From the NCBI GenBank assembly GCA_013572355.1, contig QBUV01000091.1:950-64949 (forward strand): a stretch of 64,000 nucleotides of DNA, written 5' to 3'. Below the pieces are notes generated by a model. The model was not told the DNA's origin. It searched no databases and saw only the letters and a list, made by a program, of their open reading frames with translations. Each line of letters opens with the position of its first letter. Positions within the stretch are counted from its first letter, which is position 1. Source of the stretch: Candidatus Methanogaster sp. (GTDB taxonomy: Archaea > Halobacteriota > Methanosarcinia > Methanosarcinales > Methanogasteraceae). The position numbers and the translations under genes were made by a program. Shown piece by piece: positions 20,743-29,550 of the stretch.

Positions 20743-21029
20743 GCTGACTCAACGCATTTAACTTCAGGAACTTCCTTCATGAGCAGCCGCTCGACACCGA
20801 GTTTCAGTGTTTGCTGCGACATGGCGCAGCCAGCACATGCGCCAACAAGCCGCACCTTCACTGTGCCATCGTCCTCGACGTCGATCAGTTCGATATCGCC
20901 GCCGTCTGCCTGCAACATCGGTCTGATCTTCTCGATTACCGGTTCAACTTTCTCTTTTATATCAGTCAATCTTCTTACCTCCTTTTCATTCTGTTCCATT
21001 TTCATTCCGTCTCGGAGTAATTTCTGCAT
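20739..21029 (-). CDS. NifU-like (Nfu-type) Fe-S cluster scaffold domain protein
   Basis: IRPMLQADGGDIELIDVEDDGTVKVRLVGACAGCAMSQQTLKLGVE (CxxC Nfu motif). 4-nt overlap with the nifB start. Confidence 0.8.
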   Translation of the reverse strand: MQKLLRDGMKMEQNEKEVRRLTDIKEKVEPVIEKIRPMLQADGGDIELIDVEDDGTVKVRLVGACAGCAMSQQTLKLGVERLLMKEVPEVKCVESA

Positions 21030-21041
21030 ACGTTTGTAAAC

Positions 21042-21824
21042 CTATCGCTCGATTATCCCCTCGGGCGCGCCTGCAAACCGGACGAGCGCCTCCGCCTCCA
21101 TCTGGTGCAGACCCGCCGGAACGATCAGCAGGTGCATGGGCGCACCAAAATCAGACCCGGCGAGGTCGCGTAGGTAGTCGCACTTCACCACGACATCAGG
21201 CGATCCTGCACGTGCGATCCCGATGCCGAGAGCGCGGTCGAGCAGCCCGCGTTCATCAACCTGCATCAACAATTGAGCCGCCTCCGAAATCGTCATAAAC
21301 CCCTTCTCATGATCTATATCGAGAAAGAGCATCGTGTGAAGGTCGTTATCGCGGTTTAAGAGAACTGTGTTATACGGAGTCTCTGAAACGATCGTCTTTG
21401 ACCGGACAGTGTACGGGAACGGGATGGTTGCAGACTTTCCGAACCGGTAGTTCTGCAATCCGGCAAGACCTGCTGCCGCAGACGCAATCGAGGTTCCGTG
21501 AACGATCACCGTCGCAATACCGAGATCGGATGCGCGCAGGCGTAGATCAATATGTGTCGTCGAGACCATCGGATCCCCTCCTGATAGCAGCACCACATCC
21601 CGATCGATCGCATGGTGTAGCCATGCCGGATCCGTCTCGATCTCACCTCGTGAAAGCGTCGTGATCTTCGTCTGGTATCGCGATTCCATGCGTTCTATGG
21701 TCGTTCCCATCATCTTCGATGTGTAAAACTCGGCAAAGACCATATCAGCATCTTTTATCGCTCTGACGCCTTTTAAGGTGATATCTTCTTCATCGTATAG
21801 CCCGAGACCGACAAATGTTAACAT
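21042..21824 (-). CDS. dph5: Diphthine synthase
   Basis: Conserved start MLTFVGLGLYDEEDITLKGVRAIKDADMVFAEFYTS (internal ATG of the listed ORF 21042..21878). About 260 aa. Confidence 0.9.
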   Translation of the reverse strand: MLTFVGLGLYDEEDITLKGVRAIKDADMVFAEFYTSKMMGTTIERMESRYQTKITTLSRGEIETDPAWLHHAIDRDVVLLSGGDPMVSTTHIDLRLRASDLGIATVIVHGTSIASAAAGLAGLQNYRFGKSATIPFPYTVRSKTIVSETPYNTVLLNRDNDLHTMLFLDIDHEKGFMTISEAAQLLMQVDERGLLDRALGIGIARAGSPDVVVKCDYLRDLAGSDFGAPMHLLIVPAGLHQMEAEALVRFAGAPEGIIER

Positions 21825-21876
21825 CAAGTCTGATCTCTGCGCCAATTTATTTAAGTTGCACCGCAGAATTGAGATC

Positions 21877-22371
21877 ATGGGAATCCATACCAGATCGAGG
21901 CATTACCTGCGAAGCAGTGATTCGAAAAAGATCATGAAAGAACTCGGAAAAGCATTCGATCCGTCTGATATCGGGGGTGTGTTCGAAGGAAAACGGTTTG
22001 AACTGGTTACAACTGATGTTTGCGACATCATACTGGTCGAAGATGTACCGATGATCTTCATGCCAGATGGCGAGCCGTTTCTCACCGTGCGCGGTGCGCT
22101 TGAGGTGAAGCCAGAGGCGCGCATCGTTGTGGTGGATGCTGGCGCCATCAGGTTCGTGGTGAATGGTGCTGATGTGATGCGCCCTGGAATCGTGCAGGCA
22201 GATCCCGGTATCAAGGCAGGGGATCTCGTGATCATAATCGAGGAGGCGCACAGAAAAGCACTTGCGATCGGGCGTGCGCTCATTTCCGGAGACGAGATGA
22301 TCGGCGATTCCGGAAAAGCGGTCAAAACACTACACTACGTTGGTGATGCCATCTGGGAAGTAACACGATAG
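21877..22371 (+). CDS. PUA-domain RNA-binding protein (MCT-1/Tma20-like)
   Basis: Starts at MGIHTRSRHYLRSSDSKKIMKEL. C-terminal PUA-like segment VVDAGAIRFVVNGADVMRPGIV...GDLVIIIEE. Confidence 0.75.
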   Translation: MGIHTRSRHYLRSSDSKKIMKELGKAFDPSDIGGVFEGKRFELVTTDVCDIILVEDVPMIFMPDGEPFLTVRGALEVKPEARIVVVDAGAIRFVVNGADVMRPGIVQADPGIKAGDLVIIIEEAHRKALAIGRALISGDEMIGDSGKAVKTLHYVGDAIWEVTR

Positions 22372-22747
22372 CCAAAAAGTTTATTAATGATTAATAATTA
22401 CTTACACTTGGCACGTATTGTGCTGTGCGGACAAAGGTGGAAAACGCCTCCTTTCACCTTTGCTGATAAGCATGGGATGACGGGTTCCTCCTCGTTTCCA
22501 TCCCGTCTGTGGGGGTGGGGTTATGCTTTCAGTTCAGCGAAGAGTCTCAGCAGCGCGATGGCAGGGAGTATCCCATATTGACCCGCCCTGCAGACGCCCA
22601 CACGGTGCAGTCACACCCCGCGCGCCAACCACGATGATAGTGGGGGGAGGTCACTGTGTACCAATGAATAATCGGATCTTTGGTATTCGCGTTGCGGTGA
22701 CCAAGACCCCGGAGACTTTTTGATATTTTCGAAACAAGGGTTTTTGG

Positions 22748-22852
22748 AAAACCACAGAGGTCACAGAGTGACACAGAGGGGTCTAAAGATAAAAATAACA
22801 ACTTTCTGTGATCCTCTGTGCTCTCTGTGGTTTAATCTCCCTTGCCCTAACC
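22748..22852 (+). repeat. Heptad-hairpin element, locus A (CACAGAG/CTCTGTG arms)
   Basis: AAAACCACAGAG-gt-CACAGAG-tga-CACAGAG, A-rich loop, tTCTGTG-atc-CTCTGTG-ct-CTCTGTGGTTT, tail AATCTCCCTTGCCCTAACC. The outer 11 bp are perfectly complementary. Confidence 0.8.
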
Positions 22853-22929
22853 GGATCCTTACGAAGTGAAAAAGTACATGCACTCGCGAATTATCAGAGA
22901 CACAGGATAATCTCGAGGACCCGGTTTAA

Positions 22930-24066
22930 CTAAAGAATGGTATCCCCAATCCGCGTAAGCGCGTCATAGATCCGCTCTCTCGACGCCGCGTACGATATCC
23001 GGATGAAACCGGAACTATCAGGACCGAATGCGGACCCGGGCGTTACTGCGATATACGCTTCCTTGAGCAAGCGTTCTGCGACATCGTCCCCGCCCCCGTA
23101 GTCAGTAACATCCAGGAAGAGATAGAACGCGCCGTCCGGCTTCGTGCAGTTAAACCCGCGCGATTTCAGCCCCTCGACCAGAATATCCCGCCGCGCTTCA
23201 AACTCGGCTACCATCGACTCGACCGATCCGTGATCGGACCGTAGCGCGGTAACGCCTGCGTGCTGGACAAAGGATGCGGCATGGCTCACCGAATGCGACT
23301 GCAGTTTGAGCGCCGCTCTGACGATGTCCGGAGGCGCTGCCATGTATCCGAGACGCCAGCCGGTCATCGCGTACGATTTTGAGAAGCCATTTACCGTGAT
23401 CACACGGTCATGCATCCCGTCAAAAGACCCGATGCTGTAGTGTTTTTTGCCGTAGATGATCTTCTCGTAGATTTCATCGGAGAGTACCGTGATGTCGTTA
23501 TCGATTGCGATCTCCGCAATCTCCGCAAGGTGCTTTTTCCCGAATACGGCGCCACTCGGGTTTCCAGGGCTATTTATGATGATGAGCTTTGTTTTACCTG
23601 TGACATAATCCCCGATGTCAGGCGGCATGAAATCCTGATCTGTTGGAACCCATACAGTGCGGGCGCCCGCGTACCTGATGCATGCATCGTAAGTGACCCA
23701 CGCCGGATCGAGCAGTATCGCCTCGTCCCCTTCATCAAGCACCGCCTGCACCGACTGGAAGACCGCCTGCTTTGCGCCAGGAGTCACAAGTATCTGATCG
23801 GGCGCGGCATCGAGGTCGTTCTCGGTGCAAAGTTTCTCCGCGATCGCACTTCTGAGTTCCGGGATGCCGGCAGCAGGCGTGTAATGGGTCTCGCCGCGTC
23901 GGATCGACTGGAAAGCCGATTCAGAGATGTATTCAGGAGTGTCAAAGTCCGGCTCGCCGAGACTCATGGTTATCACGTCATTCCCCCTCTCCGCAAGTTC
24001 GGATGCAAGTTTTGCTATCGCAAGCGTTGCGGATTCCTCTATAAGATCTAACCGTGCAGATGTCAT
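22930..24066 (-). CDS. Aspartate/aromatic-type class I PLP aminotransferase
   Basis: 378 aa. LGEPDFDTPE, INSPGNPSG, NGFSKSYAMTGWRLGY (PLP-Lys) motifs. Confidence 0.85.
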   Translation of the reverse strand: MTSARLDLIEESATLAIAKLASELAERGNDVITMSLGEPDFDTPEYISESAFQSIRRGETHYTPAAGIPELRSAIAEKLCTENDLDAAPDQILVTPGAKQAVFQSVQAVLDEGDEAILLDPAWVTYDACIRYAGARTVWVPTDQDFMPPDIGDYVTGKTKLIIINSPGNPSGAVFGKKHLAEIAEIAIDNDITVLSDEIYEKIIYGKKHYSIGSFDGMHDRVITVNGFSKSYAMTGWRLGYMAAPPDIVRAALKLQSHSVSHAASFVQHAGVTALRSDHGSVESMVAEFEARRDILVEGLKSRGFNCTKPDGAFYLFLDVTDYGGGDDVAERLLKEAYIAVTPGSAFGPDSSGFIRISYAASRERIYDALTRIGDTIL

Positions 24067-24229
24067 ATTGTGGACTCTGGTTCGCTTATCGCCTCATAAA
24101 ACTATGTTTGAATGATTCCAGAAGGGCAAAAACAATTTCAGATACCAGAATAACCATTCGACCCTGCCGGCAAACCGTGAAAGGGGCAGCAAAATGGATT
24201 GAAACATCCGACCTTATGCAAAAGACTCC

Positions 24230-24242
24230 AAATATTTAAATG
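24230..24242 (+). promoter_or_regulatory. TATA-box-like element upstream of the 24268 gene
   Basis: AAATATTTAAATG lies about 26-38 nt upstream of ATG 24268, a spacing consistent with a near-leaderless archaeal transcript. Confidence 0.35.
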
Positions 24243-24267
24243 ATGGCAGCATCATTATGATTGAAGG

Positions 24268-24894
24268 ATGGCAGAGATGATCGGACAGATAGCAGACGAA
24301 CTCAAAGAGCACGCCCCTTTCACGTTTTTTGGGGCTCTTACAGGTATCGCCATCATGCTTGCGATCGTCTATGGCGGCTTCCTCCCGCAGGTTACCTCGA
24401 TCTCGGAGAACATCTTTTATGTCCTGCATCCGGCACATGTTCTATTGAGTGCATCTATAACTACGGCTTTGTACGTACGATATGGGAAGAGGAAGCTATG
24501 GATCGCACTCCTGATCGGCTACACCGGTTCGATCGGCATAGCAACGCTGAGCGACTCGATCATACCCTACATAGGCGAAGTCCTGCTCGATCTGCCGAAT
24601 AGAGGGGCCCACATCGGCGTCATCGAGAAACCGCTGCTGACAAATCTTGCAGCCCTGATCGGCATAGCGATCGGCTACAGGTACCGGGAGGGCGCGACCG
24701 AGTTCCCGCACGCCGGCCATGTCCTGATAAGTACGTGGGCATCAATGTTCCACATCATCATGGCGCTTGGCGCAACCGTGGACTGGGTCCGGATTATCGG
24801 CATCCTGCTATTTTTATTCCTCGCGGTCTGGATCCCGTGCTGTACGAGCGATATAGTGTATCCTTTACTATTCGCAGAAAAAACCGAGTCATAA
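24268..24894 (+). CDS. Polytopic membrane protein of unknown function (His-containing TM segments; possible metal/ion carrier)
   Basis: 208 aa, about 6 hydrophobic helices (FTFFGALTGIAIMLAIVYGG, VLHPAHVLLSASITTALY, ...). No motif I can assign securely. Confidence 0.55.
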   Translation: MAEMIGQIADELKEHAPFTFFGALTGIAIMLAIVYGGFLPQVTSISENIFYVLHPAHVLLSASITTALYVRYGKRKLWIALLIGYTGSIGIATLSDSIIPYIGEVLLDLPNRGAHIGVIEKPLLTNLAALIGIAIGYRYREGATEFPHAGHVLISTWASMFHIIMALGATVDWVRIIGILLFLFLAVWIPCCTSDIVYPLLFAEKTES

Positions 24895-25000
24895 TACGGA
24901 CGGTATCCCAAAGTCTGCGAAAACAAAAGATATAATAGTGGAGGCGATAACCATGAGAAAAGCAATCGGAAACATAGATATACCACAACGACAAAGTGTA

Positions 25001-25366
25001 ATGATCATGATATCGAAACAACCAAGAAAGCAGAGAAAAGCGCAGTATCAAGCGCCTCTGCATAAAAAACAGAAGTTTATGGGTGCACACTTAAGCGAAT
25101 CGCTACGGGAGAAGTACGGACGGAGAACGTTTGGCGTCCGGTCCGGAGACACCGTAAAAATCATGCGCGGCGAGTATGCTGGCACAGAAGGCAAAGTCGA
25201 GCGGGTCAATCTGAAGAGGGGTACACTCGCGATCGATGGCGCAACGTTATTCAGGGCGGATGGGGAAGAGGTTCCAAGACCGGTATATCCGTCGAATGTG
25301 ATGATAACCAAACTGGATCTTGACGATGAAATCAGACAACAGACACTTGGCAAGGTGATTGAGTGA
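25001..25366 (+). CDS. rpl24: 50S ribosomal protein L24 (uL24)
   Basis: MIMISKQPRKQRKAQYQAPLHKKQKFMGAHLSESLREKYG...VKIMRGEYAGTEGKV (KOW motif). The listed ORF starts earlier, at 24938. Confidence 0.9.
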   Translation: MIMISKQPRKQRKAQYQAPLHKKQKFMGAHLSESLREKYGRRTFGVRSGDTVKIMRGEYAGTEGKVERVNLKRGTLAIDGATLFRADGEEVPRPVYPSNVMITKLDLDDEIRQQTLGKVIE

Positions 25367-26076
25367 GCAGACATCAGAAAAGACTTTCAATGCCGAAAAC
25401 CTGGAATATACAGAGGAAGACTCATAAGTGGGCTGTCAAAGCTTCACCGGGTCCGCATTCCGGGTTAAAAAGCATCCCGTTGCTATTGGTCATACGGGAC
25501 GTAATGAAACTTGCAAATTCGAGTAGAGAGGCGAAGAAGATCCTGCACGACGGGGATATACTGGTAGACGGCGTCGTCAGACGGGATTACAAGTTCCCGG
25601 TAGGGGTTTTCGATGTTATAACCATACCGAAGATCGATCTGTCGTACAGGGTGTTTCTGGATGAGAAACAGCGACTCAGTCTGAGAAAAATCAGCGACCC
25701 AGAGGTTAAATTGTGCAAGATCACCGATAAAACAATTTTGAAGGGTGGAAATACCCAGTTAAACCTTCACGATGGTTCGAATATTATTTCTGACGAGTAT
25801 TCTTATCATTCCTCCGATTCAGTCGTTCTCACACTTCCTGAGCGGAAGGTTGTAAAGCACATCACCTACAAACCGGGCAGCCTTGCTCTCGTCATCGGCG
25901 GCGCTCATTCAGGAGAACTCGCGACGATCGAGGATATAAGAAAGACGCGGGGCGCGATGCCAAATATGACATCCCTGCACAGCAGTTATGATTTCGAGAC
26001 GATCGAGGATTACGTATTTGTGATCGGCAAAGGCACGCCCGAGATCGAGACGCCGGGGGGTGATGTAGTTGACTGA
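25363..26076 (+). CDS. rps4e: 30S ribosomal protein S4e
   Basis: MSRHQKRLSMPKTWNIQRKTHKWAVKASPGPH. 237 aa. 4-nt overlap with rpl24. Confidence 0.95.
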   Translation: MSRHQKRLSMPKTWNIQRKTHKWAVKASPGPHSGLKSIPLLLVIRDVMKLANSSREAKKILHDGDILVDGVVRRDYKFPVGVFDVITIPKIDLSYRVFLDEKQRLSLRKISDPEVKLCKITDKTILKGGNTQLNLHDGSNIISDEYSYHSSDSVVLTLPERKVVKHITYKPGSLALVIGGAHSGELATIEDIRKTRGAMPNMTSLHSSYDFETIEDYVFVIGKGTPEIETPGGDVVD

Positions 26077-26581
26077 ACCGATGCGCGCAATCGAGGTCGA
26101 TAAGGTGACCGTGCATATCGGAGTGGGCGAGAGCGGAGAGCGCCTCGTCAATGCCGAGAATATCCTTGAAGCGATCACCGATCAGAAGTGCGTGAGAACG
26201 CTCTCGAAATCCCGCATCCCCGCATTCGGGATCAAGCTGGGGGAGCCGATCGGTTGCAAGGTCACACTCAGGAGGGACAAGGCATACAAGTTCATCGATA
26301 CAGCACTTGCTATAATCGAGCGTAAACTGTATGCATCCCAGTTTGACGAGACCGGCAACGTATCCTTCGGGATCGAGGAACATACCGATTTCCCGGATAT
26401 GGCTTACGATCCGAATATCGGAATTTTTGGGATGGATGTCTCCTTAAGTTTGAAGCGACCCGGATACCGGGTCAGCAGGCGCCGCATCCAGCAGAACAAG
26501 ACATCGCACAAACATCGGCTGGTTGCTGAGGATGTGCTGACATGGATGCAGGATCGCTACCAGATAGAGGTGATGGAATGA
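26069..26581 (+). CDS. rpl5: 50S ribosomal protein L5 (uL5)
   Basis: [22 protein letters not shown]...[10 protein letters not shown]. 170 aa. Confidence 0.95.
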   Translation: MTEPMRAIEVDKVTVHIGVGESGERLVNAENILEAITDQKCVRTLSKSRIPAFGIKLGEPIGCKVTLRRDKAYKFIDTALAIIERKLYASQFDETGNVSFGIEEHTDFPDMAYDPNIGIFGMDVSLSLKRPGYRVSRRRIQQNKTSHKHRLVAEDVLTWMQDRYQIEVME

Positions 26582-26727
26582 GCGAGGATATTCAGATCGG
26601 AAAGGGCGCAAACGTCTGCAAACGATGCGGCAGGAAACAGGGGCTGGTTCGAAGATACCGCATATACCTCTGCCGCCAGTGTTTCAGGGAGATTGCGAAA
26701 GATATGGGTTTTGAAAAATATACTTGA
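26578..26727 (+). CDS. rps14: 30S ribosomal protein S14 (uS14, zinc type)
   Basis: [53 protein letters not shown] overlap with the rpl5 stop. Confidence 0.9.
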   Translation: MSEDIQIGKGANVCKRCGRKQGLVRRYRIYLCRQCFREIAKDMGFEKYT

Positions 26728-26737
26728 GGTAATTATA

Positions 26738-27130
26738 ATGGTACTACTTGACCCACTTGCTGATGCGCTCTCAGCCATCAGGAATGCAGAAAAAACAGGA
26801 AAGCAGGGGTGCATCATACGCCCCGCTTCAAAACTCATCGGTAACGTACTCTCTGTGATGCAGAGCCAGGGATATATCAGCGAATATGAGTTTATTGACG
26901 ATGGAAAGTCAGGCGTCTTCGAGGTGAGTCTGCACGGAAGGATCAACGACTGTAAGGTCGTAAAGCCGAGATTCTCTACCAAACTTGCCGATCTTGAGAA
27001 ATGGGAGAAACGGTTCCTTCCTGCAAGAAACTTCGGCGCTCTGGTATTGACGACGCCTCATGGCGTGGTATCACACTACGAGGCACGAGAGAAGAAAATC
27101 GGAGGACAACTCCTCGCTTACGTGTATTAG
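26738..27130 (+). CDS. rps8: 30S ribosomal protein S8 (uS8)
   Basis: [22 protein letters not shown]... 130 aa. Confidence 0.95.
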   Translation: MVLLDPLADALSAIRNAEKTGKQGCIIRPASKLIGNVLSVMQSQGYISEYEFIDDGKSGVFEVSLHGRINDCKVVKPRFSTKLADLEKWEKRFLPARNFGALVLTTPHGVVSHYEAREKKIGGQLLAYVY

Positions 27131-27145
27131 CGTATCAGGTGGAAA

Positions 27146-27691
27146 ATGGCAAAAGAGATCAAAAAAACGGTTGCGATACCGGACGATGTGACTGTTTCGA
27201 TCGATGGAAGAATGGTTACGGTATCCGGTCCGAAGGGCGAGGTGTCCCGTGAACTGTGGTATCCGCACATCACGATCCAGAAGATCGAGGATGTGATAAG
27301 TGTGGATGTCGATGCTGCGATGATACGGAAGAAGCAGAAAGCGATGGTCGGCACGCTTGCGTCCCACATCAAGAATATGATCGATGGGGTCGCGCACGGA
27401 TACCGATACCGGATGAAGATGGTGTATTCTCATTTTCCGGTTCAATTACGCATCGACGGTGGCAAATTCATAATAGGCAACTTTCTTGGCGAGAAGAAAG
27501 ATAGGGTGGCACAGATACTGGGTGAGTCTGATGTAGAGATAAACGGCGATGAGGTGACCGTCACCGGTATCAACAAGGAGTCGGTCGGGCAGACCGCGGC
27601 GAACATCGAGCAGGCAACGAAGATCAAGGCACGCGATCCAAGGGTATTCCAGGACGGAATATACGTGATCGGGAAAGAGATGATGTCGTAG
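27146..27691 (+). CDS. rpl6: 50S ribosomal protein L6 (uL6)
   Basis: 181 aa. IPDDVTVSIDGRMVTVSGPKGEVSREL, typical uL6. Confidence 0.95.
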   Translation: MAKEIKKTVAIPDDVTVSIDGRMVTVSGPKGEVSRELWYPHITIQKIEDVISVDVDAAMIRKKQKAMVGTLASHIKNMIDGVAHGYRYRMKMVYSHFPVQLRIDGGKFIIGNFLGEKKDRVAQILGESDVEINGDEVTVTGINKESVGQTAANIEQATKIKARDPRVFQDGIYVIGKEMMS

Positions 27692-27701
27692 GTGATGATT
27701 T

Positions 27702-28154
27702 ATGGATTTGGCAACCAAGCGATTATTAAATACTAGAAAACAGCAGAAGAGCAAGAAGCCCACATTCAAGCGTACCGACTCTCATAAGAAGAAGAAACTG
27801 GACGATAACTGGCGGCGCCCGAGAGGGCTGCAGAGCAAGCTTAGAAAGAGGATCGCAGCAAAAGGTGCGGTTGTACAGGTTGGATACGGCAGCCCAAAGG
27901 CAGTCAGGGGACTACACCCGTCTGGTTTTGAGGAGGTGCTGGTGCGAAATACGGACGATCTACAACCGATCGACCCATCGTATCAGGCTGCACGGATCGC
28001 ACGCACCGTTGGTGTTAGGAAACGGCAGATGATCGAGGAGATCGCAAAGAGCCGCGAGATAAAAATCTTAAACCCACTTCCCGAGGAAATAAAAGTAGAG
28101 GTAGGGGAAGTAGGGAAGGTAGAAGATGTAGAAACCGAAGAGGAGGCGGCGTAA
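27702..28154 (+). CDS. rpl32e: 50S ribosomal protein L32e
   Basis: KKPTFKRTDSHKKKKLDDNWRRPRGLQSKLR. Acidic C-terminal tail. Confidence 0.9.
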   Translation: MDLATKRLLNTRKQQKSKKPTFKRTDSHKKKKLDDNWRRPRGLQSKLRKRIAAKGAVVQVGYGSPKAVRGLHPSGFEEVLVRNTDDLQPIDPSYQAARIARTVGVRKRQMIEEIAKSREIKILNPLPEEIKVEVGEVGKVEDVETEEEAA

Positions 28155-28613
28155 ATGGCTGATCGTTACGATTTATCGAATCAACGGCGTATTGCTTCAA
28201 CTGTGCTTAAAATAGGAGTTAACAGAATCTGGCTCGATCCGGAGGAGAAGGAGGGCATCGCTGATGCAACCACGCGGAATGATATCAGGGATCTGCTCGA
28301 GTCGGGCGCGATTCAGGCGAAACCGAAGAAAGGTGTCAGCCGCGCACGCGCACGGCAGAGGGATGAGAAACGGAAATACGGACACGGAACCGGACACGGC
28401 TCAAGGAAAGGGAGAAAGGGTGCGAGAAATCCCAGAAAGCGGGAATGGATCACCAAGATCCGTGCGCTACGCAGCCGTCTCAAGGAACTGCGTGCTGATG
28501 GTACGCTTCCACCGAATGTTTACTGCAAGGTGTACCGGAAGGCGAAAGGCGGCGAGTACAAGAGCGTGGCGCACATGAACGCATATCTTATGGCACAGGG
28601 ACATCTCAAATGA
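28155..28613 (+). CDS. rpl19e: 50S ribosomal protein L19e
   Basis: [25 protein letters not shown]...[22 protein letters not shown]. Confidence 0.95.
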   Translation: MADRYDLSNQRRIASTVLKIGVNRIWLDPEEKEGIADATTRNDIRDLLESGAIQAKPKKGVSRARARQRDEKRKYGHGTGHGSRKGRKGARNPRKREWITKIRALRSRLKELRADGTLPPNVYCKVYRKAKGGEYKSVAHMNAYLMAQGHLK

Positions 28614-29401
28614 ATGTAGAGATCGTTGAACTGGATGACCGTAAAGCAAAGTTCGTGCTTTCCGGTGTGACTCATGCGTTTGCAAACAGTTTGAGGCGCG
28701 GCATGCTCGCAGAGATTCCGACGCTTGCAATCGATTATGTGAACATCTATGACAACACGTCGGTGCTCTTCGATGAACAACTCGCACTTCGTCTTGGATT
28801 GATTCCGCTTGCAACCGACCTTGATTCGTACGTGCTCCCCTCTGAATGCGGATGTGACGAGGAGGGATGCCCTCTGTGTCAGGTTTCGCTTACGCTGTCT
28901 GTAGAGGGTCCGAAGGTGGCATATTCTACAGAACTGGTCTCTGCCGACCCATCGGTCATGCCGGCAGAGGCGGTGCCGATCATCAAACTGGCAGAAGGGC
29001 AGAGGATATCGCTCGAAGCGGTTGCACGGCTTGGCACAGGGCACGACCATGCGAAATGGCAGGCAGGGATTGCGTGCGGATACAAGAACATGCCGCGCAT
29101 CACCGTATCAGAGGAGTGCGATGCCTGCGGGATGTGTGTGGATGCGTGTCCGCGCAGCGTGCTCTTGATCGCGGATGAGACTGTGAAAGCGGTTGATGAA
29201 CGCGCATGTTCGCTATGCAGATCGTGCGAGAGCGTCTGCGAACTCGACTGGATCAAGGTTGAGACACATCCTGACTCTGTCATATTTACAGCTGAGAGCG
29301 ACGGTTCGATGCCGGTCACCGAACTGATTATAAGGTCTGCTGATAACATCAAAGAGAGGGCAACGGCACTGGACGAATACCTCGGCATCATCGATGCCTG
29401 A
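28610..29401 (+). CDS. rpoD: DNA-directed RNA polymerase subunit D (with ferredoxin-like Cys-cluster insertion)
   Basis: [42 protein letters not shown]. Cys motifs [12 protein letters not shown] and [11 protein letters not shown]. The ATG overlaps the rpl19e TGA (ATGA). Confidence 0.9.
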   Translation: MNVEIVELDDRKAKFVLSGVTHAFANSLRRGMLAEIPTLAIDYVNIYDNTSVLFDEQLALRLGLIPLATDLDSYVLPSECGCDEEGCPLCQVSLTLSVEGPKVAYSTELVSADPSVMPAEAVPIIKLAEGQRISLEAVARLGTGHDHAKWQAGIACGYKNMPRITVSEECDACGMCVDACPRSVLLIADETVKAVDERACSLCRSCESVCELDWIKVETHPDSVIFTAESDGSMPVTELIIRSADNIKERATALDEYLGIIDA

Positions 29402-29410
29402 TCTATATGT

Positions 29411-29495
29411 GCGGGGGTTGCCCAGCCAGGTCAAAGGCGCTAGGTTGAGGGCCTAGTCTCGTAGGAGTCCGTGGGTTCGAATCCCACCCCCCGCA
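29411..29495 (+). tRNA. tRNA-Leu (anticodon GAG)
   Basis: GCGGGGGTTGCCCAGCCAGGTCAAAGGCGCTAGGTTGAGGGCCTAGTCTCGTAGGAGTCCGTGGGTTCGAATCCCACCCCCCGCA. Loop TT-GAG-GG, long variable arm. Confidence 0.95.
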
Positions 29496-29550
29496 TCACA
29501 TACCAACTACCAACTATTTTTGAGAGCATGCATACTCGATATACGGCACT

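Noticed and set aside
22545-22660. Possible fluoride riboswitch (GCGATGGCAGGG...ACCCGCC) or box C/D sRNA (cGATGATa ... cTGA-like).
   Set aside because: The downstream pseudoknot partner and the CUGAUG element of the crcB motif are missing, and no transporter gene follows. The putative box C does not match RUGAUGA, and no properly spaced D box or terminal stem was found.
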